A program made the translations under genes and the position numbers. A stretch of 63,645 nt of DNA, the filler included, from an uncultured bacterium (lineage in GTDB: Bacteria > Latescibacterota > UBA2968): NCBI GenBank assembly GCA_964471275.1. It is 3 parts of 3 records of this genome, joined end to end, with 100 filler letters (N's around TTAATTAATTAA, not from the genome) between each part and the next. Parts side by side here need not be neighbours in the genome. Positions count along the whole stretch, not along the records: positions 1 to 26,702 come from CAYYGZ010000033.1; 2 more parts are not named here. One strand, 5' to 3'. The notes beneath the pieces were generated by a model. It worked only from the letters and a program-made list of their open reading frames with translations, was not told the DNA's origin and made no database searches. This document shows, one piece after another, positions 7,891 to 16,844 of the stretch (position 1 is its first letter; each line of letters opens with the position of its first letter).

Positions 7891-10317
7891 TTGGGACGCG
7901 TGACGTTAGCGAACCTGTTCAAGAGAGACAAGTCGAAGCAGTTTCAGGAGATCGAAGAGTATCGGGATCTCCTGGAGGCGCCGGAGACGTTCGAGGACGG
8001 CTTTAACACGAAAACTGTCATCGGCGCGCTGTTTGTGTCGATTGTCATGGTGCCCGGGAATATCTACCTGGAACTGATGATCGGTGGGTCGATCGGAGCA
8101 GCGGCACAGTGGGTGACGATCATCCTGTTTCTCGAGCTGGCAAAGCGGTCGTTCACGAAGCTGCGACGTCAGGAGATTTACCTTCTCTATTATGTGACAA
8201 CGTCGCTGGTGAACCGCGAGTCGGGCGCCTTCGAGGGACTTCTCTGGCACCAGTATTTCGTCCAGTCTCCCGCAGCCAAGCAGTTCGGGATATCGAAGCT
8301 GATCCCGTGGTGGTATGCACCACCGCCTGATTCAGAGGCACTCGTGGAACGGACGTTCTTCCACGCTGACTGGTTCTGGCCGATCACATTACTCGTCCTG
8401 GGCCTGATCATGGGACGGATTGCCTGGTTCTCGGCGAGCTACGTTCTGTTCCGGCTGACTTCGGATTACGAGAGACTGCCGTTTCCGTTCGCGCCGATCA
8501 ATGCGCAGGGGGCGATGGCCCTCGCGGAAGAGAGCACGGGTGAGTATACGTGGAAATGGCGGGTGTTCAGCACGGGCGCCGTGATCGGTGTGGTGTGGGG
8601 GCTGGTCTACGTTGCTGTGCCCGCGATTTCAGGTGCATTCATGGAGCGGCCGGTACAGTTGATTCCCATCCCGTGGGTCGATTTTACCCAGTACACAGGC
8701 TATTTCCTGGAAGCAACCCCGATCGGGTTCACGATGCATCTCGGACCGATCTTCGCCGGTTTGCTCGCGCCCTTCTGGGCGGTTGTCGGGTCATTCCTGG
8801 GGGTGGTGGCCCACACGATCGCCAGCCCGATCCTCTATCGCCACGGCTACATGCCGAACTGGATGATGGGGATGGATACGATCCAGACCCATTTTGTGAC
8901 CGGTATCGACTTCTGGATGAGTTTTGGCATCGGGATCACGTTCGCTGTTACGGTGATCGGGTTCTACCAAGTCTGGATGGGCGTACGGATGGCGACGGTC
9001 GAACGGGCAGCCAAGCGCAGCTTCACTCCCCCTCTGGGTCGCGGTGATTTCCGGATCTGGGTCTGTATCGCGTTCTTCTGCGTATCCAGCCTCTACGGTA
9101 TCGTGATTGCGCGGGTTCTGTTCCCGCATCTGGTTTCCAATACCCTCCTTGTTTTCTTCTTCATCTTCGCTTTCGTCTACACGCCGCTCATCTCGTTCGT
9201 CAACGCACGCCTGGACGGACTGGTCGGGCAGAATGTGAACGTTCCGTATATCAAAGAAGCCACGATTTTCCTCAGCGGCTTCAAGGGAATTGAGATCTGG
9301 TTTATCGACTTCGGGATCGACAACTACGGCGCATCGGCTGAACGATTCCGCCAGATCGAGCTGACGGGCACGAAGTTCTCGAGCATTCTGAAGGCCGAGG
9401 TTTTCATGGTACCGCTCGTACTCGCCACCAGCTTTATGTACTGGTCCTATATCTGGAAGCTGGCACCGATCCCGTCAGATGCCTACCCGTATGTACAGCT
9501 TATGTGGCCGCTTCGCGCGCTGCAGCGATCCGTCTGGGTCACCGGTACGATGCGGAGCGAAATCGAGGTGGACGCGGAGAAGCAGCAGGTGGTGTGGATT
9601 CCTTCGAACCTCCCGGACGGATCGTGGTGGTACTGGCGCGTTCGGGCCTCGGCTGATGTGGATCTCGAGCCGAAAGAGCGTACCTACGGTCCGTGGTCGA
9701 ATACCGAGTTCTTCTATACCGGGTTCGATAATGCGAACACGCCGCTGCACCCGGTAACGGCCCTGCCCGACCGGGTTATCGATCTGTCGGAGGCACTTGA
9801 ACGCGGTCTGCCGTCCGCACCGGAGATCCTGCAGCCCGCGCGAGGTGATCACGTCGACACACCGAATCCCAGGATGGCGATCGGTGAAGCCTTCGATCAG
9901 AGGGGGCGTAAACTGGTCTACCAGTTCGAGGTCGACAAGGTGCCGTCTTTCGATGGTTCCTTCTTGCAATCTTCGGATGACAGGCCCATACTATTCGACG
10001 CTCTGAAGCCGAAGCTCATGGGGATCGGTTTCGTCGTTGGCATCGGTATGTTTATCTTTATGTCGGTGTTCGGACTGCCCATCCTGATGGTGTTCGGTTA
10101 CATTCAGAGTATGACGTCGATTCCGCACGTTCTGGTAACCCAGATCATCGGAGCGCTGCTTGCCCGCTTCTACTTCTGGAAGAAATACGGCAGACAAGAG
10201 TGGCGTCGATATGCGGCCGTTCTGGTTGTGGGTTTCTCCGTCGGTATGGCGCTTGTCGGGATGGCGTCCGTTTCGATAGCTATGATCCAGAAATCCGTGT
10301 CTGTTCTGCTTTTCTAG
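7891..10317 (+). CDS. OPT/YSL-like membrane transporter with inserted Fn3-like domain
   Basis: 808 aa polytopic protein with motifs AAQWVTIILFLE, ERLPFPFAP, PIPSDAYPY and a ~140-aa soluble beta-rich insert. Start is either TTG 7891 or GTG 7900. Confidence 0.7.
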   Translation: MGRVTLANLFKRDKSKQFQEIEEYRDLLEAPETFEDGFNTKTVIGALFVSIVMVPGNIYLELMIGGSIGAAAQWVTIILFLELAKRSFTKLRRQEIYLLYYVTTSLVNRESGAFEGLLWHQYFVQSPAAKQFGISKLIPWWYAPPPDSEALVERTFFHADWFWPITLLVLGLIMGRIAWFSASYVLFRLTSDYERLPFPFAPINAQGAMALAEESTGEYTWKWRVFSTGAVIGVVWGLVYVAVPAISGAFMERPVQLIPIPWVDFTQYTGYFLEATPIGFTMHLGPIFAGLLAPFWAVVGSFLGVVAHTIASPILYRHGYMPNWMMGMDTIQTHFVTGIDFWMSFGIGITFAVTVIGFYQVWMGVRMATVERAAKRSFTPPLGRGDFRIWVCIAFFCVSSLYGIVIARVLFPHLVSNTLLVFFFIFAFVYTPLISFVNARLDGLVGQNVNVPYIKEATIFLSGFKGIEIWFIDFGIDNYGASAERFRQIELTGTKFSSILKAEVFMVPLVLATSFMYWSYIWKLAPIPSDAYPYVQLMWPLRALQRSVWVTGTMRSEIEVDAEKQQVVWIPSNLPDGSWWYWRVRASADVDLEPKERTYGPWSNTEFFYTGFDNANTPLHPVTALPDRVIDLSEALERGLPSAPEILQPARGDHVDTPNPRMAIGEAFDQRGRKLVYQFEVDKVPSFDGSFLQSSDDRPILFDALKPKLMGIGFVVGIGMFIFMSVFGLPILMVFGYIQSMTSIPHVLVTQIIGALLARFYFWKKYGRQEWRRYAAVLVVGFSVGMALVGMASVSIAMIQKSVSVLLF

Positions 10318-10397
10318 CTCTCGCTGAGGCGGCTGTATTCTACTCAGCCTGTCCCAACCCGCGTGGTATAACGCAACCTGACAACAGAGTCCCAACT

Positions 10398-11093
10398 ATG
10401 GTGGACCGGGCATCCATAGCCGTTCTAGAGCGCGTGCCGTTGTTCGAGAGTTTTGAAGTGGACGAGTTGACGGGGCTCGCCAGTGTTCTGAGCCTTCAGA
10501 AGTTCGCTCGGAATGCGCTGGTCATCCTGGCAGAGGATCAAGGCGATTCCTTCTTCATTATCCGGACAGGCAAGGTCAAAGTCAGTGTGACCGGGCCGGA
10601 TGGTCGTGAGATCATCCTCTCGATCCTGGGTCCCGGAGAGTTCTTCGGTGAGCTCTCGCTTCTCGATGGTCACCCTCGTTCTGCGGATGTGACCACGACC
10701 GAACGCACGGAACTCCTGGTGATCCGCCGGAGTGATTTTGTCCGCGTGATCGAGGACTATCCCGTGATCCCCACACGTCTTATGGTGACGTTGGCGACCC
10801 GTCTTCGAAAGTCGGACCGACAGGTCGCGGGACTGGCCCTGCTCGGCATCTCTGAACGTATCAGCAGCGTGCTTCTCACGCTTGCGGAGGAGCAGGGCGA
10901 GGAAACTGAAAACGGTATTGTGATCGCGAAGCGGCCCACCCATCAAGTGCTGGCGAGTATGGTGGGTACCACACGTGAGACGGTTACGCGTGTTATGAAG
11001 CGACTTGCGGACGAAGGGTATATCCGCGTGGACGGACGGAAACTGATCATCCTTAAGCAGGACAGCAGCTACATCGAATCAGAATTCGGGTAG
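10398..11093 (+). CDS. Crp/Fnr-family transcriptional regulator
   Basis: cNMP-binding motif FFGELSLLDGHPRSA and HTH THQVLASMVGTTRETVTR. Start re-called at ATG 10398. Confidence 0.93.
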   Translation: MVDRASIAVLERVPLFESFEVDELTGLASVLSLQKFARNALVILAEDQGDSFFIIRTGKVKVSVTGPDGREIILSILGPGEFFGELSLLDGHPRSADVTTTERTELLVIRRSDFVRVIEDYPVIPTRLMVTLATRLRKSDRQVAGLALLGISERISSVLLTLAEEQGEETENGIVIAKRPTHQVLASMVGTTRETVTRVMKRLADEGYIRVDGRKLIILKQDSSYIESEFG

Positions 11094-11131
11094 TCCACTG
11101 GACGATCACGGAGGACACGAAGGATGGCTGG

Positions 11132-11157
11132 GACCGGAGAGGTGCTGGTCGTTTTTC
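11132..11157 (+). terminator. Possible intrinsic terminator
   Basis: GACCGG-7 nt-CTGGTC hairpin followed by a T-run, downstream of the Crp gene. Confidence 0.4.
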
Positions 11158-11196
11158 TTATAAGGAGCGAGATGGAAAGGGTTGCCCAGGAAAAGC

Positions 11197-12210
11197 ATGT
11201 CCGAGAAAGATGAACGGTTTCTGATCACCGGGGCACTAGGATGCATCGGTGCGTGGGCTATCCGGAATCTGCTGCGTGACGGTGCAGACGTCACCGTGTT
11301 CGATCTGGACACCGATCCCAGGCGTCTGCGGCTGGTGCTGACTGCCGACGAACTCGCTCAAGTGCACTTTGTGACCGGCGATATCACCGACCTTCCGGTG
11401 CTCGAGGCCGCGCTGGACAAGAACGATATCACCCATGTCATTCATCTCGCAGGTCTGCAGATGCCAACCTGCAAGGCGAACCCCTCGCTTGGCGCCCGAG
11501 TCAACGTGGTCGGTACCGTGAATGTGTTCGAAGCCATCAAGCGTAGGAAGACACGTATCTCTCGCGTGACTTACGCGAGTTCCATGGCCGTCTTCGGCAC
11601 ACCGGAAGACTACGAAGAAGGCGCAACGCTTCAAGACGATGACAGGCTGATCCCGCACACCCACTACGGCGTCTACAAACAGGCCAACGAAGGTACCGCT
11701 CGGATCTACTGGGCGGATGAAGGTGTTCCATCAATTGGGCTGCGGCCATATGTCGTGTATGGCGTAGGGCGTGACCAGGGCCTGACGTCGACGCCGACGA
11801 CGGCCATGCTGGCCGCTTCGGCCGGGATGCCGTATCACATTTCCTACGGCGGACAGACGGTCCTGCAGTATGCGGATGATACGGCACGCTCGTTCATCCA
11901 GTCTGCACGATCTGATTTTCAAGGGGCGGCCGCTCACAACCTCAGTGGTCTGCTGAAGCATATGCAGGAGGTCGTCGATGCTATCGAAGATGCGAGTCCG
12001 TCGACCTCTGCCAGGATTACCTTTGAGGATCGGCAGCTTCCGTTTCCGACGGAAGTAGATGGATCTGGTCTGGAAGCCGCCATCGGCCCTGTGGAGCACA
12101 AGCCGTTAGAGGCAGCGGTGGTGGAGACTGTCAAGATCTTTCGCTCACTGATTTCGGCTGGCGAAATCGATCCTGAGACCTATATCCGCGAGCGTACTAA
12201 GCGATCTTGA
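11197..12210 (+). CDS. NAD-dependent epimerase/dehydratase (extended SDR)
   Basis: TGALGCIG Rossmann motif, HLAG, YGVYK (YxxxK), LRPYVVYG. Confidence 0.9.
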   Translation: MSEKDERFLITGALGCIGAWAIRNLLRDGADVTVFDLDTDPRRLRLVLTADELAQVHFVTGDITDLPVLEAALDKNDITHVIHLAGLQMPTCKANPSLGARVNVVGTVNVFEAIKRRKTRISRVTYASSMAVFGTPEDYEEGATLQDDDRLIPHTHYGVYKQANEGTARIYWADEGVPSIGLRPYVVYGVGRDQGLTSTPTTAMLAASAGMPYHISYGGQTVLQYADDTARSFIQSARSDFQGAAAHNLSGLLKHMQEVVDAIEDASPSTSARITFEDRQLPFPTEVDGSGLEAAIGPVEHKPLEAAVVETVKIFRSLISAGEIDPETYIRERTKRS

Positions 12211-12244
12211 CACCGACGAGCCTTGTCCCGATTTTGTGAGCAGA

Positions 12245-12275
12245 GACCGGTCCATCAGGACCGGTTTTGTTGTTT
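12245..12275 (+). terminator. Intrinsic terminator
   Basis: ACCGGTCC-ATCA-GGACCGGT perfect stem followed by TTTGTTGTTT. Confidence 0.7.
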
Positions 12276-12337
12276 GGGGAGCTTGGTGGGAAGGGAAGGC
12301 CGCCGACTGGAAGCCGGCGGGTACGAGGAGAGGCGAG

Positions 12338-13471
12338 TTGACTGAATCGTATGATGTGATCATACGCGGTGGGCGGGTAATCGATCCGCGGAACAAGGTT
12401 GACGGTGTGCTCGATGTCGGGCTGCGCGACGGGAAGGTCTCCGTGGTCGGGGATCTGTCGGGTGCCAACGCATCGGACGTGATCGATGCGGCCGGGAAGC
12501 TGGTTACGCCCGGTCTGATCGATCTGCACACACATCTGTTTAAGGATTTCTCGATTTTCGGAATCGATGTCGACGAGCTCAGCCCGAGAACGGGTGTGAC
12601 AACATCGGTCGACACCGGGACCGCTGGGTGGATCAACTACGCAGGGTTCAGGAAGGTGATCATGGAGCCCGCGGAGACGCGCGTTCTCGCGTATGTGAAC
12701 CTGTCGGGGGTCGGATTGCCATACCGACGTGGCGAAATGGTCTACGAAGGGTATGTTCAGGCAGGGGAGTGTGCCCAGGCCATTTCGCGATTTCCCGACG
12801 GTACGATCGGCGTGAAGGTTCGGCTGTATCGGGGCGTAGGCGGAGATGCCGATCTCCGTGACCTGCTCGAGATCGCGCTTGAGGCTGCTCGCCGATGCGA
12901 TAAGCCGCTGATGATCCATATCAGCGGATCCGATGTGCCGCTTCCGGATTTGCTCGAGCCCTTGCGCCCGGGGGACGTGATCACCCACTGCTACCACGGT
13001 GACGAGATCGCCTCGATCCTGGACAGATCCGGCAAGGTAACGTCGCAGGTGCGCGATGCGCGTGAAAGGGGCGTCATTTTCGATATCGGTCACGGTGTCG
13101 GGAGTTTCAGTTTCGATGTCGGGCGTAAGGCGATGGATGACGGATTTCCCCCGGACACGATCAGCAGCGACATTCACAGTCTCGGGATCAACGGACCCAC
13201 GTTCGATCTACCGACGACGATGACCAAGTTCCATCACCTGGGCATGCCGCTGAATGACATCATTGCCCGGGTTACGAGCGCGCCTGCGGAAGCAATCGGG
13301 TATGACCTGGGACATCTGAGTCCGGGAGTTACTGGAGATGTAGCGGTTTTCGAAGAGGAAGCGGGCTCGTTCGAGCTGACAGATGCGGATGACGTGACGG
13401 TCGTTTCAGAGAAACGATTTGCCTGCAATGCAACGATAAAGGCGGGAAAAGTCTGGTGGAAGGCCAGCTGA
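12338..13471 (+). CDS. Dihydroorotase-like amidohydrolase/deacetylase family metallohydrolase
   Basis: PGLIDLHTH, GVTTSVDTGTAG, GVKVR, MIHI, THCYH, DIGHGVGSF, DTISSDIH. TTG start after GAGGAG. Confidence 0.88.
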   Translation: MTESYDVIIRGGRVIDPRNKVDGVLDVGLRDGKVSVVGDLSGANASDVIDAAGKLVTPGLIDLHTHLFKDFSIFGIDVDELSPRTGVTTSVDTGTAGWINYAGFRKVIMEPAETRVLAYVNLSGVGLPYRRGEMVYEGYVQAGECAQAISRFPDGTIGVKVRLYRGVGGDADLRDLLEIALEAARRCDKPLMIHISGSDVPLPDLLEPLRPGDVITHCYHGDEIASILDRSGKVTSQVRDARERGVIFDIGHGVGSFSFDVGRKAMDDGFPPDTISSDIHSLGINGPTFDLPTTMTKFHHLGMPLNDIIARVTSAPAEAIGYDLGHLSPGVTGDVAVFEEEAGSFELTDADDVTVVSEKRFACNATIKAGKVWWKAS

Positions 13472-13483
13472 AAGGAGTCATAG

Positions 13484-14440
13484 ATGGCGATTGAATTCGC
13501 AGGAAGAGAAGCTGTCGATCCGTTTGGTCTGAAGGACGAGGATGGCTACTTCTGGCTTAAGGGAAATCTGCATTCACACACGACGAACTCGGACGGGGCG
13601 GTTGAACCGCAGGTGCGGGTGGACGGGTATGTCGGCCAGGGATACGATTATCTCTGTCTGTCGGATCATCATCGGATCACACGAGTCGATACGGTAATGG
13701 CGCCCGATGATTTCGTACTTATCCAGGGAGCCGAACTTCACCCAGACAATCCCTTCGGGGGGCAGGGACATCACTTTGTCTGTCTGAACCTGGACGACGA
13801 TATCGACGCGGAACGGATGGCGCCCCAGCACGTGATTGATCAGGTCCGCGCGCAGGGCGGGCAGGCGTGGCTGGCACATCCCCACTGGAGTTCCGTAAAC
13901 ATCCTTCGTGACACGCTCCGGCTGGACGGTCTGTCGGGGATCGAGGTCTTCAATTCCGTGTGCGAGTGCATGGGGCGCGGTGAGTCCAGCGTGCATTGGG
14001 ATGACTGGATGGAGCAGGAGCACAAGATCTACCCCATGCTGGCCAACGACGATCTCCATTCCGACCCAGCGGACCCGAATTCCGGTCGGTTTGATTACTA
14101 TCGAGGATGGACGAAAGTGCGCGTCAAGGAGCGAACGCCGGAGGCAATCCTCGAAGCCCTCGCAAGCGGGGCGAGCTACGGGTCCAGCGGTCCAGACATT
14201 CACAGCATCAGCGTCGAGCGGAATGCTCAAGGTGTGGCTGTCGCGACCATTCGCTGCTCCGAGGCGCAGCGAATCTACGGTGTATGCAGCACCTATGGTG
14301 CGCAGTTTTACGATCCAAAAGGTACCTTCGAGGAAGCGACCTTCGCATTGAGAAAGGGAGCGGATTGGGTTCGGTTTGAGGTGGTGGGCCCGGATGGCAG
14401 CAAGGCGTGGAGCAACCCAATCGACCTGACGGCCGATTGA
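13484..14440 (+). CDS. PHP-domain metallohydrolase (CehA/McbA-like)
   Basis: KGNLHSHTTNSDG, LSDH, AHPHW, GIEVFN, NDDLH, KAWSNPI. Confidence 0.85.
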   Translation: MAIEFAGREAVDPFGLKDEDGYFWLKGNLHSHTTNSDGAVEPQVRVDGYVGQGYDYLCLSDHHRITRVDTVMAPDDFVLIQGAELHPDNPFGGQGHHFVCLNLDDDIDAERMAPQHVIDQVRAQGGQAWLAHPHWSSVNILRDTLRLDGLSGIEVFNSVCECMGRGESSVHWDDWMEQEHKIYPMLANDDLHSDPADPNSGRFDYYRGWTKVRVKERTPEAILEALASGASYGSSGPDIHSISVERNAQGVAVATIRCSEAQRIYGVCSTYGAQFYDPKGTFEEATFALRKGADWVRFEVVGPDGSKAWSNPIDLTAD

Positions 14441-14618
14441 AAATAGCTGCTGTGGCGAGAGAAGATTGGAAGGCAAATACGGGCAATCGGCAGGTCGGCA
14501 ATCGGGCAGAAGCAAACGTCCGACACGTGAGCCCATGACGAATCAGATGTGATCGGATGCAGGAGAGACGTCTTCACATCATCCTTTGTCACGTCATCAA
14601 TACAGTAACGGAGGCGAG

Positions 14619-15344
14619 ATGCTGAATGCAGAGCAGAAACAGACCTATGCAATCGACGGTTACTTGGTTGTGCCGGATTTGTTGACGCCCGATGAGATTG
14701 ATGCGTTTCTGGACGCACAGGATGGGGAGGTATCCGAGGAGGTCCGAGCGCTGGGTCTGAGACGGCACGAAGGAGATGCGTCCTGGTCCGGGATCGCGCG
14801 TCATCCCAGGATCGCGGGTATCGTCAGCGAACTGATGGACGGCGATCCCATGATTGTCCAGACGATGTATCTGGCGAAGTCACCGGAGGGAGGCACGGGT
14901 GTCGCATTGCATCAGGACACGCACTACATCCGGAATGAGCCGAATACCTTGACGGCCTGCTGGGTCGCTCTCAGTGAAACAGATGGTGACAACGGTGGTC
15001 TGGTCGTGGTGCCCGGAAGCCACAAGCAATCGCTTCACGATACAGCCCTGCCGAGCGACGAAACCGAGCACGCTGCGTGGGTGAAGGACTATGAAATGCG
15101 TGACCCTGATGGCAAGACGTGGGTCGAGGAGATGCACTCCCATCAGATCGAGGGTCTGGACCCGGACGAGATTGTGTATTTGACGGTGCCGCGAGGATCG
15201 GGTGTGTTCTTTACAGGTATGACGATACACGGATCCTTCGCGAACAGATCAGGGACAAGGCCCCGTTTGGCGTTTGCGACACACTATGCGAAGGTGGGTA
15301 CCTGGGTGTATCGGGTGGATATTCAGGAGACGGTGGGAGTTTGA
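14619..15344 (+). CDS. PhyH-family Fe(II)/2-oxoglutarate dioxygenase
   Basis: HQD...IHGSFAN...R facial triad, CWVAL, NGGLVVVPGSH. ATG after GGAGG. Confidence 0.9.
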   Translation: MLNAEQKQTYAIDGYLVVPDLLTPDEIDAFLDAQDGEVSEEVRALGLRRHEGDASWSGIARHPRIAGIVSELMDGDPMIVQTMYLAKSPEGGTGVALHQDTHYIRNEPNTLTACWVALSETDGDNGGLVVVPGSHKQSLHDTALPSDETEHAAWVKDYEMRDPDGKTWVEEMHSHQIEGLDPDEIVYLTVPRGSGVFFTGMTIHGSFANRSGTRPRLAFATHYAKVGTWVYRVDIQETVGV

Positions 15345-15364
15345 GCGGTGGATCTGGGGTGTGG

Positions 15365-15750
15365 GTATGAACTGGGTACATGGTATACAGATTCGCCTAA
15401 GTACATGGTATACAGTTTTTGAAGGTATTGGCCACACAGGAGGTGCCGATGCCTTTCGCGGGAGTGTCAGCCGTGGACGAAAAGACGCGGTTCATAGCGG
15501 GTTATCTGGCTCAGCGATATAGTCACACAGATTTATGTCGGATATATGGTATCAGCCGACGCACCGGGTATAAGTGGATAGGGCTCTATGAGATGGCACA
15601 AGAAAGCAATCAACGTCTCGGACCCCTGCGCGGGCCAATACATCGGACTTGAAGAAATCGACATCGGCGTATGGAACGTCTATCTGGGATCACTCAGGAT
15701 CGTCGACATCTATGGACACAAAACGTGTAAACCATGTGTCGGGTTGCTCA
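15365..15750 (+). mobile_element. Internally deleted IS481-family insertion sequence remnant
   Basis: N-terminal HTH fragment from 15449 (MPFAGVSAVDEKTRFI..LCRIYGISRRTGYKW) joined out of frame to a C-terminal fragment (RWHKKAINVSDPCAGQYIGLEEIDIGVWNVY). GTACATGGTATACAG occurs twice (15376, 15401) with an inverted counterpart TGTAAACCATGT at 15726. Confidence 0.75.
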
Positions 15751-15782
15751 GTGAGTAGGTAATCTGGGAGAGAGACGACGGG

Positions 15783-16844
15783 ATGCTGCTGGTAGATGCA
15801 CATCTGGATCTGGCGATGAATGCGCTCAAGTGGGATCGGAACCTGGATCTGACGGTGGAGCAGATTCGCGAGATGGAAGCGGGTATGATCCCGGAGAAGG
15901 GCAGGGCGTGCGGGACCGTGGCGTTCCCGGAGATGCGAAGCGGAGAGGTCGGACTCTCGGTCGTGACTGTGATTGCGCGAACGGCCTATCCGGGCAGCCC
16001 CGCGACGGGTGTGGCGTGTCAGGAGATCGCGTATGCCAAGGCGCAAGGGCAGCTGGCCTACTATCGCTGTCTCGAGTCGCAGGGCACAGTACGGATGATC
16101 GGGACGAAGAGTGAGATTGAGGAGCATCTTGACTGCTGGCAGGCAAATTCAGACAAGACGCCGCTGGGTATGATTCTCAGCATGGAGGGGGCGGACCCGA
16201 TCGTCTGGCCCGAGCAGATGGCCTCGTGGTGGGACGACGGACTCCGGATCGTGAGTCTGGCGCACTACGGGTTCAGCGCCTACGCGCACGGGACCGATAC
16301 CGAGGGTGGGCTTCGTGGTCAGGGGAAGGCCCTGCTCGCCGAGATGGAGCGACTCGGAGCCGTTCTGGATACGACACACCTGGCTGATCAGGCCTTCTTC
16401 GAGGCGACCGATGTGTTTGGCGGACGGATTATGGCGAGCCACCAGAACAGCCGGACGCTTATCCCGGGTGTGCGCCAGTTTACGGACGATCAGCTGAAGC
16501 GTGTGATCGAACGTGACGGGGTTATCGGGACCGCACTCGATGCCTGGATGCTCTACCCGGGCTGGATCAAGGGCGAGACGTCCAACGCTGTCGTCAGTCT
16601 GATGGCTGTTGCAGACCAGATTGACTTTGTCTGCCAGCTGGCCGGAAACGCGCGTCACGCAGCGATCGGGAGTGATCTGGATGGCGGATACGGTACTGAG
16701 CAGTGCCCGAATGATCTCGACACGATCGTCGATCTGCAGAAGGTCGCAAATTTGCTGACGGATCGTGGGTATACAGACGAAGACATCAGATCTATCATGC
16801 ACGGCAACTGGATACACTTTCTCAAGGATGTCCTCCCGGAGTGA
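15783..16844 (+). CDS. Membrane (renal-type, M19) dipeptidase family protein
   Basis: VDAHLDLA, MEGAD, LDTTH, ASHQN, IGSDLDGG, IMHGNW. Confidence 0.9.
   Translation: MLLVDAHLDLAMNALKWDRNLDLTVEQIREMEAGMIPEKGRACGTVAFPEMRSGEVGLSVVTVIARTAYPGSPATGVACQEIAYAKAQGQLAYYRCLESQGTVRMIGTKSEIEEHLDCWQANSDKTPLGMILSMEGADPIVWPEQMASWWDDGLRIVSLAHYGFSAYAHGTDTEGGLRGQGKALLAEMERLGAVLDTTHLADQAFFEATDVFGGRIMASHQNSRTLIPGVRQFTDDQLKRVIERDGVIGTALDAWMLYPGWIKGETSNAVVSLMAVADQIDFVCQLAGNARHAAIGSDLDGGYGTEQCPNDLDTIVDLQKVANLLTDRGYTDEDIRSIMHGNWIHFLKDVLPE

Noticed and set aside
15376..15415. CRISPR mini-array
   Set aside because: Only two 15-nt repeats 10 nt apart, explained as IS subterminal repeats; no cas genes are present.
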